Assembly (NCBI RefSeq): GCF_021028975.2
Contig: NC_059425.1
Coordinates: 149,916,001-149,980,000 of the forward strand
Direction: 5' to 3'
DNA from: Sphaerodactylus townsendi
Lineage: Eukaryota
DNA: 64,000 nt
Positions 1-33,756 of the stretch are shown in pieces; within the stretch, counting starts at the first letter, position 1, and each line of letters opens with the position of its first letter. Position numbers and translations under genes: made by a program. Below the pieces are notes generated by a model. It saw only the letters and a list, made by a program, of their open reading frames with translations, was not told the origin of the DNA and did not search any database.

Positions 1-1179
1 TTACAGTGGAAAAACTGGAAGTTATCAAAGAAAAAATGGTAAACAAAATTGGCTGTCCAATAAAAACTGATTTGTATAAACAGCTTTGAAAGACACTATT
101 AAATGCTCAAGGATATCTAACAGCCCAACCCCCGGGTGCAGGGAATGGAACGGGCTCAGGGAGCTGGCACAGGCCTATGCTTGTGCATTTGGCCACCCTG
201 TTGGCATAAGTGGCACTTTCACCAGCCAGGAGAGCAAACTGGAAGGCTGGTGGGAACCAAAGACCTTGACGGCGCCAGACCCAGAAGTCTACCAGGGTGT
301 TCGCAGAAAGAGTCAATAGTATCTCCATTCCAAATGGATAAAGGATAAACACACCTGCAAAGTGAAATGCTATTCTGGATCATAAATGCAAAATCTATAT
401 CCAAAATAAAGTGCATTATTGTCTACTATATATCTAATACATTAACCACACAGTCTCTGGCAGGAAGTCTTATTTCTAGATAGCCAAACTCGTTTAGCAA
501 GCAGGGTTGATTCCTTTTTGGGGGATGGGGGGGGGGTGGGGGTGGGATTTTAAAAGTTGGTTATGCACAAGCAGGCTATCAATTTGGCCAAGCTAGCTTT
601 CCAAAACTTAACTTACAAGAACAATCAGAATGCCAGGAGGGTAACTGGTCAATACTATCTCTTTTCCATATACACATCAAGCCTCAAGTAAGGTGAAGAA
701 GAGCAGAACTGTTAAGAAGCAACTTGGATTTCCTTTCCTGAGCCACCTGATATATGATTTAGTCCCCTCTATACATTTAACTTATTTTGTTTTGCTGTTA
801 TTCCTTACATGAGAACCTTTTTTTAATAGTCAATTTCTCTTGTCCATTTTTTGTCCATTGCTACTGCTTGCATGAAACGGAAATCTTAGCATTGCAACGT
901 TGTTTAAAAGCTACATGAGGTATTTTTTTCCAAAAAAGCTGACGTTTAAAAGCTGCATAAGGTAAGTTTTCCCAAAAAAACTGATTTGATTCTGAACAAG
1001 TAGGCAGCCAACAATCATAGCACCTTTTTGTAGTTGCCTTAACAAAGTCCATTGATTTCAAAGAGTTTAATACAGTCTGAACCCAACAGCTGCCATAAAC
1101 TCAGACTGTAATAACCCTCGACCTGCTTCAATCGAGGGTCCAAAGCTCCAACTGTCTCCACTGCCCCACCCCCCTGGAC

Positions 1180-1900
1180 CTCGGGATGGCCGGAGACACA
1201 GAAAAGGACCGCCTACGCGCCATCGACCACGCCCCCTCGTCACGCGCCGCCGCCCCCCCCCCCCCCCCCGCCCTCACCATGCCGAGGCCGTTGATCACAG
1301 GCCGTTCCGTCTAACGGGCGCTCTCGGCGCTGTTGCCGTTCCAAGCAAAAGCACTCCCCCCCTCCGATGGTTTCCTCCCGCCTCTCCTTCGACGGCTGGT
1401 GGGTCTGGCCTTTCGTTTCTTCGCCCCTTCTCAAGCGGCAGCAAGCAGGGAAAACAATTTAGCAGAGTTCTCGGTCGGAGAAACGGACCACGCAGCGGGG
1501 GTCGTTGCGAGCGCGGCGTACGGCAGCCATTTTCCCAGCGAGAGAGACAGCGTCAGCGCGCGAGCCACTGCAGGCCTCGGTCTGTGTCATAAGCTGACCA
1601 GCGGGACGGAACAGACGAGCCGAAACGCTGGGCGCGCAGAAGGACGAGCGTCAAGGAGGAGCGCTCTGCCTTACGTTACGCGCGTGACGTTTATAGGCAA
1701 TGAGCCTGTGTTTTTAGAAGACTACAATTCCCAGCAGGCAGCGCTCCTGCTGTTCATTTCTTTATACGAATGTTTTGGGGGACAACTTGTAGGGAAATGT
1801 AGGCGGCGCATTGAACGCCGGGAGCTGCCGAAGCTCCGTATGGGCCGCATGGCTCATGATTGGTTAGATTAAATGATGGCAGATTCCGCTTATGCGTGCG
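1180..1900. promoter_or_regulatory. CpG-island bidirectional promoter between FBXO9 (minus) and CILK1 (plus)
   Basis: High GC and CpG density against an AT-rich background. ZNF143/SBS-type motif ACTACAATTCCCAGCAGGC at 1721-1739 and an inverted related motif GGGAAATGTAGG at 1792-1803. CRE half-site TGACGT 1685-1690; ATTGG (CCAAT) near 1859-1863. FBXO9 and ICK are known to be head-to-head in mammals. Confidence 0.8.
1278..1280 (-). CDS. FBXO9: FBXO9 first coding exon (ATG only, followed by splice donor); rest of gene lies left of the window
   Basis: Minus strand reads ...CGGCCTCGGC ATG|GTGAGGGCGG: ATG then a strong GT donor at the CpG-island edge. This fits my recollection of a Met-only FBXO9 first exon and the FBXO9-ICK-GSTA4 synteny. 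No FBXO9 protein sequence is visible, so the call rests on position. Confidence 0.55.
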
Positions 1901-4212
1901 GTGATTTTGTAACCTGTTTGGGCTCTCAGGGGTGCATCTTAATCTGAACCAAGCAGTGGCGGGAGGGATTCATTTCAGCCCATATTTATATTTCCTTCTT
2001 TCTCTCTGTGTGTTTTCATAAATCAGCTGCGGGCAGCCACTCAGTAAAACATATGAGGAGAAGAGTTTAGAGAAACCACTGACCCCAACAAGCAGCCAAA
2101 AGCATTTAACAGTAATAAACAGGTAAGAGAAGTAAAATTATAAAGTTGCTTAACAAAACAATGAAAGCACTGAGCCAAGTCATTGCAATGAAATCTAAAA
2201 CCTTAGGAGGATTTAAAACTATAGTATCTGGGATTTGTACAGCCAAGTAATCTGCAATGAGACCCTAAACAAGTATTTTCTCCCTACTAGTCTTTGGAAT
2301 TTCACCAGTACTTTTATAACAATGCAGCCTATTGTACCTTTTTTTAAAATGGCACAAGCAGTTATGGAGATGGATTTTGCTGTAACAAAGCAACTTTCTG
2401 GAATTTGTCACACTGCTTTTCTCATTTTACCAAAAAGCTCATGAAAAAAATTGAAAGGAAGAAGATGAACTAGTGGCAGTGTTTGATAAATACCATCATT
2501 TAGCAAAGTGGCCAGGACTCTTGGGCCCCAGAGATCCAGCTGCTGAGTCAGAAGTCCCTACAGAGTCACCAGTTTGATTTCTACTTTTTGCATTCATGCT
2601 GAGAGGAGCAGGAGAACAGCAAGGAGAAGCAACTCAGAGATGGAGAGTAAACATGACCACCTGATGCTTGGCCTGTTTCCTGCCCTCAGCGCTCTTGGTC
2701 TGCTGGTCACGGTACTGCTCATGACAGTGAATAGGCCATAACAAGGGCTCCACAACTTCCTGTTATGTTATAGCTTTTATTTTATTTAGTAGATCTGTCA
2801 TTCTCTCCTCATGAGAGAGAGTGACTGACTCAAGGTCTCCCATCAAACTTCTGTGGCAAAGTAGGGATGTGAATCCTCTGATACTCCGACAACTATACCC
2901 CATTGGCTCTCATGTGACCCTGATATTATATACTTGCAGTTTGCTGTCCCATGTAGTTGTCTGGCGGTTAAAGAGTTTAACTATTTTAACTAGGCTATGG
3001 GGCCACAGTCAAACAGTGATTTTATCCACTACAAACTGACTATTATTATTTTGCAGTGCCAATATGCAGAAACATTTTTTTTTAACCAAGGACACCTCTT
3101 GTTTCAATTTTTACAAATGGCATAGCTTACACCTCCCTAAAATCCATGTTGAATGAGTTAGAAGCTCACCCAATGTGTGGGATATAATAGGTGTTGAATA
3201 AAAGGTGCTGGGCACATGTTCAGAGATCTTGTTAGCTTCATACATAGGTGAAGTCCAGGTATTGTAAAGCAGTACCTGTGTGTTTGAGCCACAGTAAACT
3301 TTGGTTCAAACTAAGCTCGCTGCTTCTTCTTAAATCAGATAACTATAAAATGAGATTTGGTTGTAATTGAAGGTAAGCTAGTGGAAGGCCAGACGGGGGA
3401 GCTGCTGGGTTGCTTTCGTCAGGGGAAGCTGCTGGTTGTCCCTGCTAAATGGCTGTGTTTTCCTTTGTGTCTATGTATTTTGCTGCTCGGTGGAAAGCTC
3501 CTTCCTGTCCACATCAGCGTGATGATTCTGTCACAGACTTTGACTTCATGAGAGGATCTACAGGTTCTGACTGCAGGATTTATAGTAATTATGCTGTAAC
3601 TAAGACCTTGGGCAAGGGTTTTTTTGTCTTGTACGAACTGCATTTTCCTCATTTGTGGGATTTGCGGCATCCTGAAAGGCATCATGTGGCATTAACAGGC
3701 TTTCTTGGAAGGACTTCTGTATATGTGTCACTTACCAGACATGACAGATTGGGGGCTTCGATTAACAAGGTTAATCCTAATGTGGTTTCTCCCTCCCTAC
3801 TCTAGAATCCTCAGTGCTTTGTAGGGTGGCGATTTGTTTGTGGAAATTTTATTTGTAACAGTTTGAATCTCTAAAATTGTTTTTAATGTTGCTGCTAGAT
3901 TTTAGAATCGGATGCCCCAATAAGGCGTAACTTGAGAGCTTCCTGATGAGGCCTGTCCTGTAAGAAAAGATTTTAAAGCATCTACTATCTTATATAACAG
4001 ACATGTAGAAGGGATTCAATGGTGGTACTTAAATTTGTGTGATACTTGTCTAGTGAAAGGTGCTGCACAGGATTCAACTGAACACTGTGCAGCAAAATCT
4101 GGAAATGATTGTTTTGATCATTTGTCTTGTAGAATTAAACAAATGCTGTGAAAGTTCTGTTTGACTTAATTGATGTTGTTTATAATTGAATTTGGCTCTC
4201 CTTTTTATACAG

Positions 4213-4259
4213 CAGCACATTTTCACGGACTCTCTGGTGCCAGCCTGGATTCCTCACAA
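4213..4259 (+). other. Candidate non-coding 5'UTR exon of CILK1
   Basis: Polypyrimidine tract plus acceptor (ctctcctttttatacAG) and a strong donor (CAA|GTAAGT) bracket 47 bp between the CpG island and the first coding exon. Confidence 0.4.
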
Positions 4260-5924
4260 GTAAGTATACTTTAAATTGCCTAATATATACCAGGGCTAGA
4301 AGGAAGAACTTTGGCTAACATAAAGATCCTCAGTTTTGCTATATGTATATATGCTATTTGTTTTTATTTGTTTACAATTTGTTGACCCATAAAGGCAAGT
4401 ACAACTTATTAGCCAAATATGGGGAGGGCCTTTGAGGGTTTTGATAAACACCCAGGTTTTTTAAGAGCACTAAAATAATGGGATTACCAGGCACAGTGGG
4501 CCAAATATATGAGTTGGTGGAGACCAGGTTTAAAGTGTGATTGTGAAAAAATGCCTCCTTAACAAACAATTGTTAAGTTATTTTGCTGTTATCTCTAGTC
4601 TTGCAAGAATTCATAAATAAAACTGAAAGCCAGTCAGCATAACTATAATGTTCTATGACATACTTGACAGTAGTTACCAGTAAAACCTGACATCATCCTC
4701 TCTTCTTTTTTATTTGTCTGTATGCATTGTTGGAATATGAATATTCAGGATATGGCCCTGATGGCCTTTGAATAGCCACTATGAAAGCTGCATTGTTCTC
4801 ATTCTGGCATACTTAACTGCCAGCAAACTCAAAAACATTTTTTAAAAAAATAGCTTTGTGTTCTTCCTTTTTCTGATTTATTTTTCAGCTTTAGAATTAC
4901 TGCATACCACATATATTTTTATATTTAGTCAAATAGCATTAAAAACTCTATATTTAGTCAAATATTTCAGTCAAATAGCATTTAAAAAACTCTTTGACTA
5001 CTAATTTGTAGCAAATATAAGTTAAATTTTCTCCAGCACAAACTTTGTCTGTGATGTGCCTTGTTCTTCATAATTTCCAAGTCTCTTAGTGGCCATTTTA
5101 AAGAGACATGGACATTATTGTTCTGTCTCTTTAGTATAAGTGTGACTTTGTTTTGTAGGGCTGTGGTTCACAGGCTGGTGACCATGTACAAAAATCAACT
5201 GTATTAACCCACTTCTCTGTATATATCAGGGACCTATTGCTAATCTCTGAATAATAGAGGATATTGTTTCTTGTAGCTGTAAAAAATGAATTTTCTGGTG
5301 TGACAATTTTCAGGTGCTTTGTTTCGCCCTTGCTGTCTTCTTAAAGGCAAACGATGAGTGTAAATTAAATCAGATAAGATCACATTTAGCCTTTTTGTAT
5401 GTGAGCTGGCTGTCATAAAGAATATGGTTGCCAGATGGTAGACTAGGGTAGAAAATGATAAATCTTTTGCAGCTCTTTGCTGTAGCTCTTCGAAATAGGG
5501 CAGCTGGTCTGATAGATAATCCTAGTATATAATTAGCAGTGCAATCCTATGTAGAGTTACTCCAATCTAAGTACAGTATTTTCAGTGGGCTTAACCTGGA
5601 GCAACTTATCCTAGGATTGTTCTTAGCTATTTTATCCCATTTGAACAGGATCTGAGGCAGAGAAATAATCTACTTATTATCTGGCATAGGGTCAGTATGT
5701 AACTCATATCTTCTGTTTATGAATCGATGGCTAAGATGATTTGTTCCAAAGCTATGTCTGCCTGGTAGTGAACTGTTTAAACGTGTTGTAGTTCAACTTA
5801 TTTTATGGAAGCTTTATTGTTGTCTTAATATAAACAGTCTGTATTTAGGGGACAGCTTGGTTCATGTGTTTTTAAATTCTGTGTAGTGTTAGTATTTTTT
5901 CCTATTAATTTCTGTTATATGTTA

Positions 5925-6000
5925 TGTTTATTTTATTTATTTGTTTGTTAGTTTTGATATACCGCCCCATTCCCTAAGGGCTCTGGGCGGTGTACAGGTC
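5925..6000 (-). mobile_element. L2-type LINE/SINE 3' tail fragment
   Basis: (TTTA)n followed by ataccgccccattccctaagggctctgggcggtgtaca, the reverse complement of the tail type at 46368-46432. Confidence 0.5.
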
Positions 6001-6051
6001 AATAAAAACACAGTTAAATTTACATCTCAGTTAAAACCGTTCCAAACAGAC

Positions 6052-6630
6052 CGGGGGTAGGGAACCTTTAACACTCAAAGAGCCATTTGGACCCATTTTC
6101 CACGGGAAAAGAAAACACTTGGAGCCGCAAATAATTTTTGACATTTAAAATAAAGATAACACTATATATATAGGGTTTTTTTCTACCTTTTACTCCGCTC
6201 ATTCTGAGAAGCGCATGGATGCGTCCGCCCTGCTACCTGCAGGGCGGGCAAGGATGGGGCCAGTGGCTCGGCCTCACCGGCTGCCGGGAAAGCGCCTGCC
6301 CCGCTCGAACGAGGCGGGCGAGAGGGGAAGCCCGCAGCCCAGCCAGCCGCGGACCATTGGTGCACCCACCCTGCTGCCTGCAGGGCGGGCAAGGATGAAG
6401 CCGGTGGCTTGGCTTTGCCGGCCACCGGGAAAGCGCCCACCCCGCTCCAACGGGGCGGGTGAGAGGGGAAGCCCGCGGCACGGCCCAGCCAACGCCAGCG
6501 GGCGGTTGGTGCGCCCGCCCTGCTTCCTGCAGGGCGGGCAAGGATGGGGGCAGCGGCTCTGCTCGTGGAGCCGCAGTGCAAGGGCAGAAGAGCCGCATGC
6601 GGCTCTCGAGCCGCAGGTTCCCTACCCCTG
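6052..6630. mobile_element. Non-autonomous hAT (Charlie-like) DNA transposon with GC-rich internal repeats
   Basis: TIRs CGGGGGTAGGGAACC ... GGTTCCCTACCCCTG, perfect 8-bp TSD AAACAGAC (6044-6051, 6631-6638), and internal ~140-bp GC-rich units repeated about 3 times. Confidence 0.9.
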
Positions 6631-7497
6631 AAACAGACGCTCAAGCCTTAACTCTAAAAACATTTCAAATTCAACATCACAGCTCATCAGGGCAGCTACA
6701 CAAGTGTGAGCTACAAAGATGGAATATGGAAATACAGAGGATGTTAACTTGGCAGTGGCCTTTGACTATTAGCAGTAAATAAATCTAGATCTCCTAAGAT
6801 TGCATTGTGATAGTGTGTTCGTAAATACCATTGCACCATTCTAAGTCCACTGAATTTTCTAAGTGTAACTCTGTTTAGGATTGCACTGTTGCCTAAGTTC
6901 TGCTAGGACAATTTTGGCCTGGACTGTATGTTTCTGGTCTGCACTTTTAGAAATGATGGGGTGGGGTTCTGACACAGGAAGTATTTTGCTGAAATAAATT
7001 AAAAGGCTCTCTCAGGATTTTACAGCGACTGTACAAAAGTAGCCAACTTCTTCCTGAACCTGTCCTCAGTTTATACTTGTTTGTGCCCTCATACCTTTAT
7101 CAGTCTCCCAACTGCTAATATAAATTGCAGACACGTAGTTCATCTAGGCAGTTTATCAGTACTGCATATTCAAGGGTCAGCTATAATTTGATCCCCTATC
7201 TTCAGACAGACCAGGAAGAAGACAAATAATAGTGGTGAGCAACACTGTAGAGAAATAAGAGCTTTCAGGCATTTGAGCTTGGAAAATGGTGAGCATTTCT
7301 CTTTGCTGTGTATTTTTCCAGACAGAAAGCCAGTCCTTGTGAAACTATGACCCCTGACAACCTTCACATGGTCCTAGATACTTCATATTTGTGCTGCCAC
7401 CGAAAAAAACTGGCTCCAGTCTTAGGGGAAATGCTTCAGCCACAGACAAGTGCACTGTATAGGTTGAAATGAGTTTGCACCCAAGAGGAATCCCAAC

Positions 7498-28222
<20,725 letters not shown>

Positions 28223-31200
28223 ATTCTCAAGTTGAGTGTGCCTTTTGTGGAACAATGACCAATGCTAATATAACCTCCAGTAACATTTCACAAGCCAGCA
28301 GCTTTGCATATTCTTTGTGACCAAGAAATTTCAAGACTGTTTGAGATGTGTATGTGTGTATATATATATATTCAAATACAAAATTTTCAAATACATACAA
28401 TTAAGAATATATGTGTTCTGAGTTGTATGTATTTGAAAGCAAACTTGTACCATTTTTGTATTGTTTTTATTATATGAGCAGGACAGTTATTTTCATAGAA
28501 CCATAAAAATTTGTATATCAGGCTTAGGATGAACTTCTTTTGCATTTTTATATGACAAACTTTGAAATTAACTTTTTTTAAGAAAAATATTTTTCCTTTG
28601 GGAATCATGTTTTTATATAAGTGAATAAATGTAGCAAATTGATGCAGTATTTCACATAATTAAGGTACAGTTAGAAGAAAGAAAAAGGCATTTACCAAAT
28701 ATTTTATTGTAAGTTCTAGAATGGCATGTAGGGCAAGCAGCAAATTAAGCATAAGAGTTAGACCATTAACAGACCCACGATGGCACACATCCCACTACAC
28801 AGTTCCTGAACTTGAACCGTATTTCCACCAGTTCAATTCTCCCATTACAGAGCCTCATTTTGTCATATTCTTTGGGGTATGCTGACACCCCCCCCCCCCC
28901 CCCGAATAAAATCTGGGTGTGTTCAGATGTAAGATTATCAAAATTTTGACGCTATCTATAGAAAATCTTTTTTTCCCTGGAAAACCCTTAGAAATCTTTG
29001 GAAAAATTAAAATATGCACTATTTATTTTCCTATCAAAATTGTTCTGCTTTAACAAAAAATACATCATTAATCACTTAATTAGCATTGGCATATTTGTGT
29101 AGTTTAAAAATACAAAGGTCTTGGATTTCTATAAGCAAAATTGTAAATATACCCAGTTCATGAGAGAAATGCAAATTGTTGTACCTTATAGTATCTTAAT
29201 TTTTGCCATCTATGTGGCAGGATAAAATAAAATCATTAAACAATGTTTGTAGTAAAAGAAAGACAATATATAATTTGATCAGAAGTAGTCTGATACAACT
29301 GCCAGCATATTTAGATTTGAAGTTAAACTATAAGATTGAAAATAATTATATTTCATAATTTATCAAACACATTATTAAATGGTACTAAAATTATTTCAAT
29401 TTAAACAATTGATATATCCTTGAAAAAGTGCTGTGACTCTACACTATACATAGGAATTACAATTATCTGATGCTGTAGATTCTTATATATAAATTTCGTA
29501 CTACACATTCCAGTGAGTAACACACTGTTTTTAAAAGCATTTCAGTAATCCTAAAGGAGAAAAATATAGGATTTTCTTCAGTGATCCACAGTTTTCCCAT
29601 TAACAAAATGGAAGATGGGGTGGCCTGAAAATCCCCACACAGATGTTTTTCAGGCCTTTGCAGAAGTAGACTGAGTGGGCATTTCTTGGATTCTGACCTT
29701 TCTAGTTGGAAGATACTATATGTTAACACTGACCTATCAGGCTTCACATGGGAAAATAGACTGTCAGGGGAAAGACTGCAAACTGGACTTCTCCCTGACA
29801 GTTGATTTTTGTGGGTGCAAGTAATTTTGTTTTCACTTGTGAGGGAACATTCATGCACAATCCTCTACCCAAGCAGACCTGTAAATCCAGTCCAAACTTT
29901 ACCATTTGACTGGTAGCTGTACACAAATCAGGGAAATAAGTTTGGCAGCTGTTAATGTGGAAACTGCTCCTTTCTCTGCCCTGTGTGCCTGTCACTTAAC
30001 TCTAGTGAAAACTGAACTACTTGCAGATAGAGGTGTTCCTCCCTCCGTTGGGAACTGGATGATCTGTAGAATAGCTCCTGGGTGAGTATTTTTAAAGCAA
30101 TATAAAGTTTGGCAAAGCTGGCTCACAGTAATATAGCCAAAGTATTTAAGATAATTGCTAGCAGCAAAGTTAAAAGACTCTGTCATGTAGCAGCTGTTTC
30201 AACAGTTTAACACAACAGTCTAGCCTACCATTAATATCATAGGAGTCTTATCTTCAGAAATTAATTCATGGAATATTTTACAGTGTACTTTTAGGGCTGA
30301 GATGTTATCTTTCTAGATCAAAGTTTAGCAGATGCAGTAAGGTATTAATTTAACTATAAGGGCTGTAAATTTGTTTTCAAAAGACGTGGAAGCTGGCAAG
30401 CAACATACAGATCTGTGCACTGTTTTAAAGGGAGACATCCAGATGATAAAGGGGTTGCACTTTCTGATCTGTATTTAGCTAAAATGCTATACCATTTCTT
30501 TAACTGTGATACAAATCTCCATGAATTTCACATCGGAAGGCTGAAGCTGGTGTCTTCTCAGGAAAAAGTAATAACCTAAATGTACTTTGCAAGTGTTCAG
30601 TCCATCAAGTTCAGTTATCAATGTAGAATTGTCATGTCAATTTTACTCATGTTTGTGTCCAAGTCGTTCCAGTCCTGAGTGGGAAGAATTCCATGTTCTG
30701 AACCACCGGCTCCCACGGTGGCATCTTTTCCTTTTGAAAGAGGTGCAAGTAAAGAAACTGAACTTTTTCCTCCCACATTACAGTAGATTCAGGTGAATAG
30801 CTGATACCTCTTTGGCTAGACCCCTTTATAAATTGTCAGCTGAGAGGGCAATCACAGCTCCTCCAATGTGTTTCTGCTACAGTCTCCTGTTGTAGGTCTT
30901 CTTTCTCTTTGGCTCCCAAGTACACCTGGAAAACACATAAATGGGACGGCCACAGGACTGTAGCCACAGCTGCCCGTTCTCATGCTTCAATTAGCAATTT
31001 AAAGGACAGTTTCTAGGCAGTTCTAACAGCTGAGAGAGCAACCAAGCTGGTATAATCTGTACAAGTATAGCAGCCATGCTTTTAGTGTTCTAGCGTGTCA
31101 TTGGCATGCACAGCACAAAACAGTCTGACAAAAACAAGGAACTCAGACCTGAGATGTTGTGAACCTCCAGTGAACTTCCTCAGTGTCTGATTCCATCCAT

Positions 31201-31431
31201 TTGTAGGTTTTCAAAGGAAGAAAGAGGCCTAAAGCAGCTATGAAAAGGCAACCCACTGTTTCTGTTATTTTCTGCTTGAGATGCAGCACAAGATTGTGGG
31301 TTGTGAAGTAATATTAAGCTTCAGTGCATTCTGAAGTGTTACTGACTGTTCTTTTACAGGCCTCAGAAGTTCCTATTTCCAGATGTTACAGCACATGCTT
31401 GTGTTCAGCTATCACATATTTGTTTGTGTAC

Positions 31432-33110
31432 AGCTACCAGATATTTGTTGGGAGTCAAACTCTGCCAAGACTATAAGATCCAATAAATTCCTCACTTGCC
31501 TTGCAGACAGTGTCATGGTCCAGAAGGTGGAAGAGGCAACAAGGGGATCAGCTATTTTAGATCTGCTCCTAACCAATAATGATGACCTGGTTAACGGGAT
31601 GGAAGTGGTAGGATCCTTAGGTGGGAATGACTGTGTTCTCCTGGAGTTTGTTAACAGTGGAAAGGGGATGCCAAGTGAAGTCAGACAAACATTCTAGACT
31701 TTAAGAAAGCTGATTTCCATAAACTCAAGAAACTACTGGGTGTGGTCCTGTGGTTAAGAATAATAAAAGAGATGGGAGTGCATGATGGATGGGGGTTTCT
31801 TTCAAGTGAAATCTTAAAGGCACAATTTCAAACAGTTCCAGTGAGGAGGAAAAATGGGAGATGTCTTAGGAAACCAGGATGGACGTCTAAAGAACTTTCA
31901 ACTGAGCGGAGATTTAAAAGGGGCATGTACAAGGAATAGTAAAAGGCAGAAATCACCAAAGAGAAATTTAAACAAATAACCAGGACATGTAGGGAGACAG
32001 TCAGAAAAGCTAAAGCTCAGAATGAGCTCAAGCTTGCCAGAGAGGTTAAGAACAAGAAGGTTTTGGTTATGTCCATAGCAAAAGGAAGAAAAAGGATGTG
32101 ATAGCATCTCTGCGTGTAGAAGATAGCAAAATGCTAATAGGGACAGAGAAAAGGCAGAAAAACTCGACACCTTCTTTGCCTCAGTCTTTTCCCAAAAAGG
32201 AAAACAGTGCTCAACCAGGGGGAAATGGAACAGAAGATACTGTAGGGAAAATTCAGCACCAAATAAATAAAGAGGTAGTACAAGAATACCTGGCTACCAT
32301 TTCATTTCATTATTCGATTTATAACCCGCCAAATCTTCAGGGCCTGATGAACTACATTCCAGGGTATTAAAAGAACTAGCAGAAGTAATCTCAGAACCAC
32401 TTCCTATAATCTTTGAGAATTTTTCTAGAACAGGAGAAGTCCCAGCAGACTGGAGGAATGTTAATCTCCCCATCTTCAAAAAGAGGACCAGAACAATTAC
32501 CGCTCAGTCAGCCTGACATCAATACTAGGAAAGATTCTTGAGTAGATCATTAAACAGAGAGTCTGTAAACACTTACAAGGGAATAGTGTGACCACTAAAA
32601 GTCGACATGGGTTTCTCAAATACAAGTCATGCCAGTCTAATCATATCTGTTTTACTGATAAAGTGACAAGCTTGGTAGACAAAGAGAATGCTGTAGATGT
32701 AGCATACCTTGATTTTAGTAAGACCTTTTGCAAGATCCCCATGACATTCTAGCAAGCAAGCTAGTAAAATGTTGGCTAGACAATGCTACTGTTAGACTTG
32801 TAATTTGTTGACTGACCAAAGTGTGCTTACCAATGACTCATCTTTTTTCCTGGAGAGAAGTAACTAGTGGGGTGCGACAGGTTTCTGTCATGGGCCCAGT
32901 GCTATTCAATATTTTTATCAGTGACTTGGATGCTGGAATATAGGGCATGCTAATCAAATTTGCAGATGACACCAAATTAGGAGGGGTAGCTAATATCCCA
33001 GAAGACAGGGTCAGAATGATGATCTGTCAGGAGTGCTTTAATTGTGTATTCCTGCATGACAGAGGGCTGGTCTTGATGGCTCTTGTGGTCTCTTCCAACG
33101 CAATGATTCT
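31432..33110 (+). mobile_element. CR1 LINE, 5'-truncated degenerate ORF2 with an internal deletion and the 3' tail
   Basis: PDICWESN...TRGSAILDLLLTN (endonuclease end), RT-region remnants up to KFADDTKLGG (about 32955-32985), then a jump to the CR1 tail ...gtctcttccaacgcaatgattct. Confidence 0.92.
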
Positions 33111-33750
33111 TATATTTACCTAAAAGGAACATATCCCTGAGGATAAAGACAATTTTCCCTGAGGTTATAAACAAGTTATTTTAAACTGTAACTTGTATGT
33201 GAATTTAAGATCCCCCTGGTTGTTATTTTTTTTTTTTGCCAGCATATGTGGGAAAAGAAACCAGTCTTCCTTTAGAGTAAATAGGTTGGTAGCTCTAAGA
33301 GTAATGAATTAATCAGATAAATTTGTGCCGTTTTGAAGTTCCGCCATGATAGAATTCAGTTCAGAAAGCCATGACTTAAACTTGAACTGAGTGTTAAAAT
33401 CAGGTTTACCAGTTTATTGTTGAGTTCCTTTATTGTGCCATCACATTAATTATTCAGAATGTGAATTTGCTTTTATATTGTATTAAGTGAGAATGAATCC
33501 TCGTTTCTTCTGGAGCCACCTTCTCCCCCTCCAGTGAAAATCAAAACTGTTCCTAACTCATGGAGGATAATTTTATTTGGAACTGAAGAAGCTGATAAGA
33601 GTTTCACCAATTATCAAATGATTGAACTGATCTTCAATTGTAGTTTTAAAAAATTCTGAATTAAGAAGGCCATCCTAAACCGTTGACAAATTCTACCGAA
33701 ATGAATGAGACATTTCTGTGTGTGTTTTCGTGCTTATGATCATCTTCAGA

Positions 33751-33756
33751 AATAAA
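33751..33756 (+). terminator. Candidate distal polyadenylation signal of CILK1
   Basis: AATAAA followed by U/GU-rich sequence; proximal alternatives near 28624, 28905 and 29226. Confidence 0.3.

Noticed and set aside
1333-1872. 179-aa ORF in the CpG island
   Set aside because: Non-ATG start, no recognisable homology, typical of GC-rich promoter DNA.
3357-3805. ORF with AARWKAPSCP motif
   Set aside because: Possibly a very old L1/Tx1 3' remnant; too degenerate to call and shows no splice support.
6183-6782. Overlapping 100-150 aa GC-rich ORFs on both strands
   Set aside because: They lie almost entirely within a TIR/TSD-bounded hAT element with GC-rich tandem units; stop-poor by composition.
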